DNA of 64,000 nucleotides from Euglena gracilis (lineage: Eukaryota), in assembly GCA_039621445.1 (NCBI GenBank), contig CP154954.1:42964632-43028631 (forward strand), given 5' to 3'. Below, one piece after another: positions 13,161 to 26,208 of this stretch. The translations under genes and the position numbers were made by a program. Each line of letters begins with the position of its first letter. Position 1 is the stretch's first letter. The notes beneath the pieces were generated by a model. That model saw only the letters and a program-made list of their open reading frames with translations, was not told the DNA's origin and did not search any database.

Positions 13161-16100
13161 ATGACTGCTGCGTGGGGCATGGTGGTGTGGTTCATCTGTC
13201 ACGCTGCCTGGTCCTCCATGGCGGAGGGTGTGTCACTGCCCACCCCCATTTTTCGCAGCCCCCCCCCCCCTGCAAACCCACCAACCTCACCACCAAGCGG
13301 CGCGCTGGCCAAGTCCTCGGAGGCCGGTGGTCCCCGTAAGGGAGGGGGTCACTGACCTGTTGCAGACGCCAGAGAGGAGGCATGGGGCTGGAGGATAGCA
13401 ACGGGATCCTCCTCCTCCCAAACACCCACCATAGGCCACGTCATTCGGATCGGGGGGGGGGGGGAGGCCAACCCACACTGAAAAGGCTGCTGGATGACCA
13501 CCCCCTTGGGGGGGAATGCTTTCCTCAAAAACCCAGTCACTCACTTCCGAGCTTGGGTGGTTGCCTCAGATCAGGAATTATCCCGTTTGGCTTTTTTTCC
13601 CCCCAAAAAATGGCTGGCGTCGGTGGGTTGCTTTTGGCCGTCCACAGATGACCCCCGGGGACTGGTATATACTTTAAAAAGATTGGACAACCTGAACCAA
13701 ACGACTTGGGGAAGGGAAGGCAAACATTGTTATGCATTTCCCAATCTGGCTGTCATGGGCGCCGGGGGGGGGGGGGGCTGCGAGCACCGATTACGTCGAA
13801 CACGAGTTCAAATATGTCTTTAAGTACAGTCTGGACAAAAATGCGAGGAAGGATTTTCAGCAAAAATGACAATGCAAAAATTTAAATGGTGTTCTGGTTG
13901 CATTTTTTGTGCTTTTTTTCATAAAAAAGTACCCCAAAATTGACCAAAAGTCATACTCCATCTTTTTGGATGTGAAATTTGACTACGCCTGAACACAGTT
14001 CCCCCAAAAGGGCGTAGACAAGGTATGGGGAGAAAAAAATGACTGGACAGAGAATGATGGAGAAAATTGGGTGTTTTCCCATTGTTTTTGTTTTCCCGTC
14101 ATTTTTTGTCTGGACTGAATATTTATTAAGCATCTGAGTTCATTGCCCAGCGGCATCCCACGCCACCATGCAGGGAACAACATGGGGGTGGACGACAACT
14201 CGGACGTGTTGGGTCAGGCAGCCCTCAATGCTGCTGCCCTCCTCGTAACCCAAACCGCCTCTACCACAGACAAGTTATTGTTGTTGCAGTTGTTGTTGTT
14301 GTTGTTCCAGGCTTGTGCTCAGTCGGGTGCCTACACGACGACCCCGGGGGGGGGGTGATAGGGGCAGGCACCTTATAGCACCCCATCCGACCCTCCGGGG
14401 TGTGGTAGGGTTTTTGGGGGTGCCTGCCCATAGCAGCCCTCCGACCCCGGTGCCAAAGGCACCGGGGGCCTGGAAAAGGCCATTTTCAATGAAAATTTTC
14501 TGGGTCCCCCCCGGACCCCCCCCCCCGGGGGGTGTGCCTGCTAGGGGCAGGCACCCTAGAGCACCCACCCCCCCCGGTCCACAAGCATGTGTTGTTGTTG
14601 TTTCTGCTGCTGCTGCTGCTGCTGCTGCTGTCTGATCTTTGCCTGGGGCAGGGAGGGGGGCCCAACAGACTGGACGTCGCCGTTGAATCAATTTTGCTTC
14701 ATTTTGGTTCCTCTTTTTTTAAGAAAAAAACGACAGAGAATGGCCAAAATTGGTTAAAAAAGCATATTAAGAATGCAAAAAAAAAATAGAAAAGGTGGAT
14801 GGCCCCTGAAAAATGGCCAGAAATAACCAGAAATGGCTAAAATTGGCGTAAATTTCTGAAAGAGGCTTGAGCTTTATGCAATATATCGCCTATAAGGTTG
14901 GCTCATAATTGTCAAAAGTCAAGAAAACGCCAAAGTGGCCAGCAATGGGCAAGGTGACAAAATTAGCTAAACGGACATAAACACCCAAAAATTGGCCATA
15001 TACCCCCATTTATGGCCAAATTTCTGATTTTGGGTCCCTTCCTCCCAACTTGTCAAAGACCCCCCCCCTCGCCGGCTGGAGTTGAACATTAGCTGTTTTG
15101 CGCCCCGCCCCCCACCCCCGGTCAGAGAAAAAACGCTGGTTTGTGGAAAAAGGAGAGGTTTTGACCCCCAAAAAATCTGCTCTCCCCCCGAGTCCCCCCC
15201 CCTGGCCCCCCAGGGAAGAGTGTGCTCTGTGGGGTGGCAGGGAACCCAGAACCCAACCCAGACCGCCCATAGAGCCGCTGGAGCAGCGGCGGGCGCCAGC
15301 CGTGCCTCGACGACTGCCTCGCCACGCACAGCTTCGCCGCGTGCCCCCCGCTGTTGGATTCATTTAACACCTGTGTGACCCCACCCCCCAAGGGGAGGGG
15401 GTTTGAGTGTGGGTGGTGGGTTGGGGCTGCCGGACCCTTCCAGGGAATGCGCCATCAGTCAGATTTTGGCCCGGCCAAAGGCCGGGCCGAAAAAAATTTA
15501 TCAAGGGTTTTCGGCTGATTTTGGTTGTTCTTTGGGTGGGTGGGTGGTTGACCCCGGGGAGGGGTCTTGGGTCGGTGGGGTTTCCAAAAAGTGGGCGGTG
15601 GGTTTGGGTCCGGGAAAAAGTGCCCCCCCCCCCCCGGGGTCACCAAGCGAATCCATGGCCCCGCTGCCGGACGCCTGCCGGCAGTGCCTCGGCGTCTGCC
15701 TCGACGTGCCGGGCGGCAGCGCGGCCTGTGTCACCCGCGGGGCGCTGTCCCTGCCGCGTGCATGTGCGCCGTAGTTTGGTCAGTTTCGGCGGTGGCGGCG
15801 GGGGCTGTGCGCCGGGGAGCGGGGCGGGGAGCGGGGACCATCGCCCCGCGGCCCCGACCTCTGCCTGGCTGTGCCGGGGCCGTGCACCCCCTACACCCTC
15901 TGCCCCGGCGGTGGCGGGGAAACCGGAAGGCGGGGGCCACAACTGATTTCCCCACCGAGGTTTGTACCGATGGTGCGCGGGGTCAGGGTGCAATGGACGG
16001 AGGGTGTACGTTCAGGTGAGGGTCCCCCACCTCCACCTTCTTGGACCGGATGGGGGCGGGGGGGGGGTCCGACCTGCCACCTGCCAGGGGGGGGTCCGCA

Positions 16101-17575
16101 CCGACCTTGGGGTCCCCCCAAAAGGTCAAAAATTTCCTTCCATCAATTCACGCCAAAATTTTTGGCAATTTTGCCAAAAATTGTCCCCCCAAAATGGCCC
16201 AGAATGGCATTTTTGGCTGATTTGGGGGGTGGGGGGTAAAATTCTTCGCCCGGCGTTTTGTGCCAGGGCGAAAAACAGTCGCTCGGACAGCACCGCTGTT
16301 TGGGTGCCCCCCTCCTGGACTGGGGGAGGGGTCGACCCACCCCCCACCTGCCCTCACATTGGACGGCAATGCATCCAGAGACAGACATCAGCAGCTTTGA
16401 GTGCACACCTTTGCATGTGCTTTAGGGCAAAAATTATTAGACCACCCAGTTTTCCAACAATTTTTTCCCACTATTTTACACCCAATATTTTCCTGGGCCC
16501 TTAAGAGAAACTGCTTCCTTGTTCACTTTTTGGGGGGGACTAATTAGGATCATCATAAACATGAAGCCAAGATGGGCAAGAGAAGCAATTTTTTTTAAAA
16601 AGAATTCTTTTTTTGTTGTTTTTGGAATTTCCTCGGCTGGAAAACTATGCGTTTACATCCAGCCTGAGCCCAGAGCAGGGATTTGAGGGCTCCCTGTGAT
16701 CTCGTGCTCCCTGTCATCTGGCTGGGACGGTTTTAACAGGCGAGGTGGTCCTTGGGGAAACCAAAACTCTTCCTGCCTGCCTCTCCCCAAGGCTGAATAC
16801 CTTGGGAATTGCACAAGTGGTATGGAATAGGGGGAGGGGCTTCGCCCTTTCTCCCTCTCCACCCGTTCCCATTTGAGAAGGGGTGTTGATGTATTGACCT
16901 TTTGGCACCGGTGGGCTTCTTCGCTGCGCCACGCCCAGACTTCTTTTTAAGGCAGAAGACCCCCCCTGGGGGGTTGGGGGGGGGTGGGTCCGGGCCGGAC
17001 CCCCCCGGGGGGGGGGTCCCACGCCGGATGCGCCGGGTGTACGTTTTCGGCAGTTTTCAAAAAGCGAAGCGCCGAAATTTTTTGAAAATTGCCTTTAATG
17101 GGCCTGATTTTGGGGGGGTCCCACGCCACCCTGGGGGGGGGACCCCCTCCCGCCCGGGGGTCTTAAAAAGAAGCCTGGTGGGCGACGTCATTGTGGGACA
17201 GCAGAGAGGGGTCCGTCCCCACCCCCAGCCCCCTCCGGGCCTCTTAACCCAGGGCAGAACGGGAACCGTATCGCACGTGCGTGGGGGGTGGGGGCGACCT
17301 CCCGTCCACCCCCGCCCCTCTGCCCACCGCCGGACCCCGCCGGACGGCGTTCTGCCGGGTGGAGTGCGCCACGGTCGACGCCGCCGCCTCCGCCGCCCTC
17401 CAGCCGGAGGTCCAGGCCGAAGCCGCGGGGCAGGAGGCGGAGCGTGCCGGCGCCGAGCCGCAGGCGGTGCACAGCGGCAACGGCGAGGGCGGGGACGGCC
17501 ACGCCGCGCGACGGCGCCGCGATATGCACCGGCGGGAACGGCACGGCGGAGATGACGACGACCGGGAGGGAAAGC

Positions 17576-17615
<40 letters not shown>

Positions 17616-18050
17616 CGAACACAAGGGTGGGAAAAGGCATCGAGATGACAGGTACCGGGAATCAAAGCGTCATGAGATGAGCAAGGAATCCGAGTTGTAC
17701 AAGAGGAGCAAGTCTTCGGAGCGTGATGAGCAGGATGAGGAGGGAGGGTCGTATGCCAGAGACTCGGAGTCCGAGAGCTTTGCCAAGAACAAGGAATCCG
17801 AGTTCTCTGAATACTCCAGGGAAGGAAGCCGCCCCGGCACAGGCGGCTACCGCGACCATGGCACAGATTCGGAAACGGAGCGCTATCAGAAGAGCAAGGA
17901 ATCGGAGGACTACCACAAGAAGCAGGAATCGGTGTCCGCCAACCGGGATGGGGATGGCGGGTCGTACCAGAGGAGCACGGAGTCGGAGAGCTCGGAGAAG
18001 AGCAAGGAGTTCGAAAGCTACTCCTCCACCCGGGAAGGACATACCCATCG
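13161..18050 (+). CDS. Putative secreted protein, Cys-rich N-terminal domain plus D/E/K/S-rich tail (paralog A), multi-exon
   Basis: Signal-peptide-like MTAAWGMVVWFICHAAWS at 13161 after a pyrimidine tract and CAG. Exons 14190-14263, ~15278-15349 and 15663-~15735 (QPCLDDCLATHSFAACPPLPDACRQCLGVCLDVPGGSAAC), ~15856-15910 (DLCLAVPGPCTPYTLCPG), ~16900-16932, from 17183, and ~17340-18050 (FCRVECATV...poly-D...SKESE repeats). Exon-by-exon similarity to paralog B. End approximate. Confidence 0.7.
14308..14589. mobile_element. MITE nested in an intron
   Basis: TIRs CAGGCTTGTG / CACAAGCATG. TSD TGTTGTTC / TGTTGTTG (7/8). A related copy starts at ~37037. Confidence 0.65.
15353..15657. mobile_element. 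MITE-derived non-canonical intron (15350-15662), absent from paralog B
   Basis: Paired ends TGGATTC / GAATCCA. TSD CCCCCGCT / GCCCCGCT (7/8). Paralog B reads uninterrupted GTGCCCCCCGCTGCCGGACG at ~22841-22860. Confidence 0.8.
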
Positions 18051-18557
18051 GCGTGAGGGGGCGGAGGACATGGTTGGGCAGGGCTGTATGGGAAACCCTC
18101 TTGGGTTGATGGGAGTTGGGGGTCAACCACCCCCGCCCCCATCCTGCTTGCCAAGCTGGGCGATGCTGGGCGATGCTAGGTGATGCTGGCATTTTTTTTT
18201 GTACGTTTTGAAGAATTAAACCCATTTTTAGACTAATGGGGGTACGTACCCCCACCAGGACTTCCTGGATTTTGGGGGGCGCCGACTCTTTGGGCAAGTT
18301 CTTCGTTGTGTATATGGTGCTGTGGTGAGTCGGAAGATGCGCATCATGCTGGACACCGTGGCCAGGCGGCTATTTATTGCTTGTTTCCAGCCCAGCTTGT
18401 CGCATCCTCGAAACCCTCCCCAAAAAAGCTGTGTAATTTTGTTACTGTCGAATATTTTATATTGGGAGATCAATCGTGGGGTCGACCCCCCTCCCCCCAA
18501 CCCCGCCGCCCGGCCTTCCTGGACAGCCCTGGGGCCGGGGCCGGGGAGGGGGCGGCC

Positions 18558-20410
18558 ATGGGGCAGGTCCCCCCGTTGCTGGCGGAGGCGCTGCGGACCG
18601 GGGCCGCGGCCCTCTCCGATTGCCCCCCTGCCGCTGCCGGGCGGTGGGCGTGTTGCTCGGCCTTGACCCTGTCAAGGGTGCCCGTGTACCTGGATGTACC
18701 TGTCCACTTCGGGAAAAAACTGGGAAACGAAATGACGGGCGAACACCGAAAAGGGCTTTTTTTCAAAAAAAATTCAGCGCCTTCGGCGTCGGACCCCCCC
18801 CCTCCCCGGGAAGTCAACATGTCCAGTTCAGTTTGGAAGTGAACAGGGGGGGAACACAAGACCCTCGCTGAGGACCTTTTTTTGGTCAGGTGGAGGTTTC
18901 TTTTAAGTTGCATGATTGTCGTTTGATGGCCTTTTTAGGGGTGGACACAAGGCGTGGGGACTGATTGCACTGCTGAACATTTTTTTTGTGTATTTCGAAG
19001 GTTTCTGAAGCTTACTCGGCTTCAGTTTCCTGTCGTATGCAGCCAGGTGGGACCCATTGCCCAAAATTGTTTGCAGCCGATGGGCTGTACCCCTTCATCG
19101 ATTTCACACTGGAAGACGGGTTCGGGTTGAAGAATACAAAATAGAATGTCCACAGCATTTTTTTACAGTGCAGGAGGACTCTTCTGCTTTGTCAGCACAT
19201 TCTTTGACCCGAGCAGCTGTATCGTCCTAAAGCCCATGCCCCAATAATTTTGCCGCTGTTGTGCGGTTGCCAGGCTCGATGTGCAGTAAGGGCACACACC
19301 ATTGACCACCATAACGGCCAAAACGGCCGCTCCGGCACAGCCCTGTGGACCGTCCCACTGTTTGTGTTGGCCTTTGGTGCTTGGGCGCGCTTGGCGCGGG
19401 GGTTCAAGCCAACTTCAAGCGAGCAGGCACCCCCCGCCAGGCGGGCTGCCCCGGCCCCCAGCCCTGAGCTTCGGCTCGCACGCAACACCCCGGGGCAGCG
19501 GGGGTCCCAACCGCCCCCGCCGATGCGTAGCGCCGACGAATGGCTTGGCCGGCCGTCGCGTCCGCTGCGGGCTGCGCCGGGGTTGGCCGCCGGCGGCGCA
19601 CGCGTCCGGGATTGGACGGCGTTGGTGCCAATGCCTGGGGACGTCTGCTCTCCCCCCGATTTCCATCGCACCCACCCGCCTTGGAATGGGTGGATGGATC
19701 TGAAGTGGAAAGGTCTTATTGTCCGGATAGGCATCCGAGGACCCCTGATGCCCCAGGCGCCCATGTGGTGCAGGTTTCGGTACCTGAATGGTCCGGGGTG
19801 TCTGGACAGGTCGGTGGGACAGCATTTGCAACCCGGTGGTCGACCGCACCACCATCCGCAGGTTTCCATAAAGCCCTGCCCAGGGGGGGGGGGTTGGGTC
19901 CCGGCTGGGTTTTACCCAGACAATTTTCATTTGGAAATGCCTATTCCAGGCGGTGCCTTTGGCTGTTTGGCGCCGAGGTCCTGCACACCGCATACCATTC
20001 CCTGCCCTAAAACTGGAACCGCACCAGCCCCCCTCCCCCGTCCCCCCTTCACATGTTTCGGGGGCGCCACCCCCCCCCAACCAACGTTTTCCTGCGGCGC
20101 CAAAGGCACAGAAGGATTCTGTTTGCAATCTGACATGTGGTTGGGGGGGAAAGTCGACCCCCCCCCCCACCACCACAGCCCTGTCCCTAGGGAGTTAACA
20201 ACCTGCCGTTCGTGTTGGAATCCCAGAGACATTCTCGGACCATTGCTGGGGAGGGAGGCGAATTCCGCCCCGGCCGGCTTTGCCAATGGCCGGACCCGGC
20301 GTGGCCCGGGGCCCAGGTGTTCCACTGACCATCACCCCCCCCCCTCCCGAATGCCCCCTGGGGGGGAGGGGGCCCCCGAGGAGTATGGCCCGCGGCCCGC
20401 ATAGCTGGTC
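18558..20410 (+). pseudogene. Divergent or degenerate gene fragments, paralogous to 35950-37500 plus 50160-51660
   Basis: Shared segments: PPLLAEALR (~18570 / ~36020), DEWLG (~19535 / ~36580), CCCGGCGTG.CCCGGGGCC (~20295 / ~37444) and GAGGAGTATGGCC (20378 / 50169). This copy has an in-frame TAG soon after EEYGPRPA. Confidence 0.4.
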
Positions 20411-22066
20411 GACGGCAGTCCGGCAGTACCACCGGCCCCGTGCCTGAGGGGGGTGGAACATTTTCTGCTGCATTTTGCTGATGTGCATTGAAGTGTGTGT
20501 TTTCAGAATTACCAGCACATTTCACACACCAAGAGATGGGTAATGGAATTTGCTTTGGCGATCTAAGTGAGTTGGTGGAAAACCCCTCAAAAATCCATTT
20601 CTGGTCTTTTTTTTGAGCACAGAGTTTGTCTATTTTCATCAACCAACACAAGTTTTGAAAATCATCGCTAATTTTTTTAGAAGATTTTGGTTTTCCATCA
20701 TTATTTGGTTTTCCATCATTCTTTCCAGGTTGGATCCTGTGCATTTGCATATTTTGAGTACAGCGCCATTTTCGACTGTGCCGCATTTCACTCACAAGTT
20801 GTGCCGGCCACCCTTTGTGGAATTGCCACCCAGTTGGCGCTGACGCACTGGTGGAAGGCATGGCTGCCGAACTGGTTGTTCTTTCCCCCTCTCCTATCAG
20901 CGCATCGTTATGGCTGTCGCAACGCACACCGTTTTGGCGGTCTGACGGCGGCTTCGTGTGCCGCAGTCACGGTATTTCTTGCGCCGGACCCCACCCTGCC
21001 CCCTGGGAGGTGGGGCTCCAGCCAGCCAGCCAACGCCTTTTTTCCCCACCTGAACTCCCAACCGGGCTGCGGATACCCCCTGGGGGGGGGGGGTCGAACA
21101 GAAAGAAAGCCTCCGCAGCCTGGTGCAGCCAGGCTGGGCCGACAGAGTGTTTTCGGTACAAACCACCGAACATTTTTGAATCAATGGGTCCAAATGCTTA
21201 AAAGGGCCTTTTTATGAGGGTTTTCGCCTCAAAAGTTGTTTTTTTTTGTGTTTTCAACCCAGGGCTTTCTTGCCCGTTTTTGGGTGCCAGCCGGGTGCAG
21301 GGTCCACTGTGAGTCACCGTTGCACTTTGGGGAGGGCGTGGGGGGACTCCGACGCATCTGCGAGGGGGAGGGTCCTTCGGGACACGGGACGGGGTGGGGC
21401 ACGGGGCAACGCCATCGAACAGCCACAGTTGTGGGGGCGACTGAGAACTGACTGCGGCCGCTCATTTAGGAACGCCCCCACCGCACTGCAAGCGAAACGG
21501 ACATCGGGAAAGCCACAGAAATCGATGGACTCGTGTCGGAATGGACCCCTGTGCAAAAAACTGCTGCTATTTCTGGATCGCTGGATGGGGAGGGCCATGC
21601 AGGAGGAGGTCCATTTGCCAGTGGAGTGGTTGCGGGATTCAAAATTCGGCATTGTCCCTCATCCCCCCCATAAAAACTGACCGGAAGCTTGAAGAATCCG
21701 CGATCTTGTTTGGAACCTTGCCAACAACAATCACTAAGTCAATTGTGTGTGTATGTTTGTGTGTGTGTGTGTGTGTGTGTGACACCTCAAGGAATTCCGC
21801 GACCCCCCTCTCGGGTCATATTCAAGCCGATGGGGCTTGTGGGGGACGGGGCGGAAAAGGTTTTTGGGCACAAAACCCATGGGTGCGGGTGCAGGTGCAG
21901 GTGTGGGTGTGGATGGCGTGTGTGTGCTGTGGGCATGGTGGGCAGGCAGCGGCTAGCCCCTGTAAAGAAAAGGCCCAGAGGACTGTTGTTCCGAGGCACA
22001 TATGACTCACACACCTCCACCACGTGTTTCTCTCCGCAGACAGGCCTGCACTTGCGACCCCACTTG

Positions 22067-25000
22067 ATGAATGCCGCGTGGGGCATATTGCTGTGGCTCA
22101 TCTCCCACGCCGTGTGGGGCTCCGGCGCAGCGGACGACGCTCCTGATGCGATGCGCCGGGCCCTCCTCCACGCGATGCGGCCGGGGGTGGCGGCCGGGGG
22201 CCCGGCGGCGGCCCCCCTCGTGACCCGGCCCGCCGTCGCCACAGACAGACAGACAGGTTGCAGCAGTGATTGTTGTTGCCTGGGTGGTGGAGGAGGAGGA
22301 GGAGGAGGTGGTGGTGGTGGTGTCCTTGTCAGGCACAGACAGACAGAGCCCAACCCAGGCAACACTGGCAAACCCTGCTTTTCCATTCGGCCAACGGAAA
22401 CAGGGGATTTTTTTTTAAAAAAAAGGCATCCCCCCATGGAAACTCTCCTCCCCAGGAAACTGTCCTCTGTCTTGTTTGCACCCGCCAAAGTCCTCATAGG
22501 GACGGCGAAAAGAGCCAATACCCCGCAGATATGACTACAAAATACCCAGAATGCAGAAATTGATGTAAAATGTGCAAGATTGTGAAGAAAAAGACTGTGT
22601 TCCTCCTGCCCCGGTCAGGAGACAATTTCCCAGGAGGGGAGTATGTCGTGTGTATCACGTAGGATAACTGTGTGTCGGATGTGTGTGTGGGATAGGAATG
22701 TGTTCATGAAATCATATTGGGTCGGATACAGAATGGAGGCATATTGTCACATGTTCACTCCAACCTTCCAATGCGGATTGGAGCGGCGGCGGGCGCCAGC
22801 CGTGCCTCGACGACTGCCTCGCTATGCGCAGCTTCGCCGCGTGCCCCCCGCTGCCGGACGCCTGCCGGCGGTGCCTCGGCGTTTGTTACGAAGTGCCAGG
22901 CAGCAACGCCGCCTGTATCGCCCGCGGGGCGGTGGGCGGTGTGCAGTCCTCGTCAGGCTTTTGCTTAAGGGATTGCAGTCCCCCCCCCCCGGGGGGGCTG
23001 GACAGCAGCTAGTGGGATTTATAGCAGACCCCCCCGGGGGGGGTCTGCTAGCAGGGCTAGCTAGTGGAAAGATTTTTTCCAGTGACCGGCGCAAAGCGCC
23101 GGAATTTTTTTTGGGACCCCCAAAAATGGCCAAAAATGCCCGTTTTTGGCCATTTTTGGGAATTTTTGGAACAAAATCAGCCAAAAACCTGTAAAAAGCC
23201 CTCATTTTTCCAGTCCGGGGGACCCCCGAACCCCCCCCCCCGGGGGGAGGGGGGTCCAGCTAGTCCACTTTTTCCAGTGTCTAGCCGATTGGCTAGCCAG
23301 TACCCCCCCCCCCCGGGTCCTTAAGCAAAAGCCTGGTCCTCGTGCAGGGGAAAGGTGCCCCCCCCCCCGCCGGGGGCACTACCCCCCCCCCCCCGGGAAA
23401 CTGTCATGCCCGAGAACCTGTCAGCGGCCAACCTGTCAGGGTCATTTTTCATTGACTTTCTTTTGAAATGCCCTACCCGGGAAACTGTCAGGGTCCCGCC
23501 CAGGAAACTGTCAGAGTCCCTGGTACCGGCCAACCTGTCAGGTGACAGTTTCCCCGGGGGGGGGGGTAGGTATGTAAATCTGTGCTCACGGTGCGTGCGT
23601 GTGCGCTCCGGTGCACAGTGGTGTGCGGGGGTTCCACCGCTCCGCGGCGTCGACCTCTGCCTGGCGGCGCCGGGGCCGTGCACCCCCTATGTCCTGTGCC
23701 CCGGCGGCGGGGGGGGGGGAGGGGGGCGCTCAAACCCCGGGAGGCGGAGACCCTCCTCCAAGGGAAAGTATTGGTCTGGTTTTTGGGGGATATTTTCCTC
23801 ATAATTCATACAATTGTTGTAAATTTGGAGTCGTGTTGCATGTTCTTGGACAGTTTTTGCATTTTTGTGACTTTTGCATTGTTCCTCTCGACCTTTGAGC
23901 ATTTTTGCGCATTTTTTTTAGAGCCCTCCGCTTTTGAAGTTGCTACGAACCATTTTCGCGAATTTGAATTTGTGGTGTTGATTTGACCTGTCATGTCCCT
24001 CGGGCTGGGGGGGGGGGTAGCTTTGGGGTCCGACCAATCAACAGTTTTCCCAGGCATTGGTTTTTTTGGTCAGAATTTTCTTTCGGCACCTTCGCCTCCG
24101 GAGGTTTTTTTCTTTGCGTGATGCCCCACTTGGAGAGCAGTTACGTTTATAGGACAATCATACCCCCTTTGGGTCTGGCTTCTTTTTTTTACTTGGAAGG
24201 CACTCCTAAATTTTCAGTTTGTCTATCTATCGTCTATTGTTCACTCCCTTTCCACTGTTATTACCAGGCTTCCATGGCACAGGGTCGACGTTTCCTCCAA
24301 ATTGTTGAGTTGGTCATTTGGCCTTTGAGTCGCCGGTATTTCCCGAAAGTACAAAAAATATTTTTTGGGTTTGGTACACAAACCCAGGAAAAAAACTGCA
24401 ACAAATTTGGGTTTTTTTGTGACGTTTCAGTGTTGTGTCCCCATTTAAGTGCAGTTTTGTGTGTCGCCTGAATTAAATTTAATGCTTTCCCAAAGTTTCA
24501 TTCAAAATGTACCCCACACGTTTTATCGTCATTTTTAACCCACTCGCATTTTCGCTCTGATTCATTCCCCCAAGGGTGTGGATGCAACGACACACCCCAC
24601 ATTACGAGGGCCAACTGACCAGTCAACCACCTCAAAAAAGCAGCCACACGCCAGGATTTTTTTTTGCCGAGTCAAACATTTCCGATTTTGGCCTCCATTC
24701 CGCCTGCGTTCGGCCCAATTCCGGGCATCGCTACCCCAGCCCTAACCCAAGCCTGACACATTTGCCCTCCCCATTCCCACCCTTCCGCCGATCGGTCCAA
24801 GAAACGCGCGTGCGAGCGAATCCCTCCCCTCAGGTTTGCACCAACCGGGACCCCCCCACCCCTCCCCGTGGTGGTCGGTGAAGGGCGCCGCTTGGGGGGG
24901 TAACAGTAGGAGGAGGTTCGAGCTCGAACGTTCGAGCTCGAACCTCCTCGAACGTTTTTGAGCCCCCCCCCCTTCGAGGGGGGGGCTTAAAATCCTCCTC

Positions 25001-25634
25001 GAATGACCTCGAACGACATTCGAGGAGGATATTGATCCTCCTCGAACGACCTCGAACGACATTCGAGGAGGATTTCGATCCTCCTCGAACGACCTCGAAC
25101 GACATTCGAGGAGGATCTCGATCCTCCTCGAACGACCTCGAACGACATTCGAGGAGGATCTCGATCCTCCTCGAACGACCTCGAACGACATTCGAGGAGG
25201 ATCTCGATCCTCCTCGAACGACCTCGAACGATTTCTCGATCCTCCTGCTATGTACATGCATTCAGGTATCAGTTGCAAGGTTTTTTTTTGAGTCGGTTAC
25301 CATCGTCCGTTGTTCTGGATTCTGCTTGTTTGTTTTTTTTTTTCTGTCTTTCACTGGCACGATTCGGAAGAAAGCAAAGACCGGGGGGGGGAGAGAGAGA
25401 GAGTGGGATTCTGTTTGTTCTCTTTTTTTCCTTCACGAGAGAGAGAGAGAGAGAGAGAGGGATTCTATTCTCCTGCTATGTACATGCATTCAGGTATCAG
25501 TTGCAAGGTTTTTGAGTCTGTTACCATCGTCCCTTGTTCTGGATTCTGCTTGTTCGTTTGATTTTTTCTGTCTTTCACTGGCACGATTCGGAAGAAAGCA
25601 AAGACCGGGGGAGAGAGAGGGGGTCCCGGAGAGA

Positions 25635-25671
<37 letters not shown>

Positions 25672-26167
25672 CAGGAATGCAATCATTCAAAAGTATTTGT
25701 ATTCAAAAATATTCCCATACCAAGAGAATTTCTGAGGTTATTAGAAGGAATAGGGTTAGGGTCAAGATTTCATCCCCAATGGTTGCAACCATCCCGCTCA
25801 TCGTTGCTATATTTCCCTCTACAGGGTACACAGCGAACCCAAAGAGTCGCCCAACTAGGGTTAATACACATGGGGGGACCCGAGCGAGGCGCCGAAGGCG
25901 CCGAGCGAGGGTCCCCCCATGTGTATTAACCCTAGTTGGGCGACTCTTTGGGGTAGCTGGTACCCTGTAGGGGGCAATTTTCCACGTGTTGTGAAAAAAA
26001 TATATATTCAGATATGATAAACAATTATAATAAAGACTGCTTCTTACACGGGAATGTACTCATGCATAACTGTTTTTTATTGAAAAAAATTCTCATGCCG
26101 AGGGAATTTGTAACGTTATTAGAAGGAATAGGGTTAGGGTTGAGATTTCATAAATAATAAATAATAA

Positions 26168-26208
<41 letters not shown>

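Noticed and set aside
25751-26141. TAGGGTTAGGGT as telomeric sequence
   Set aside because: Only about two units, embedded in a dispersed repeat.
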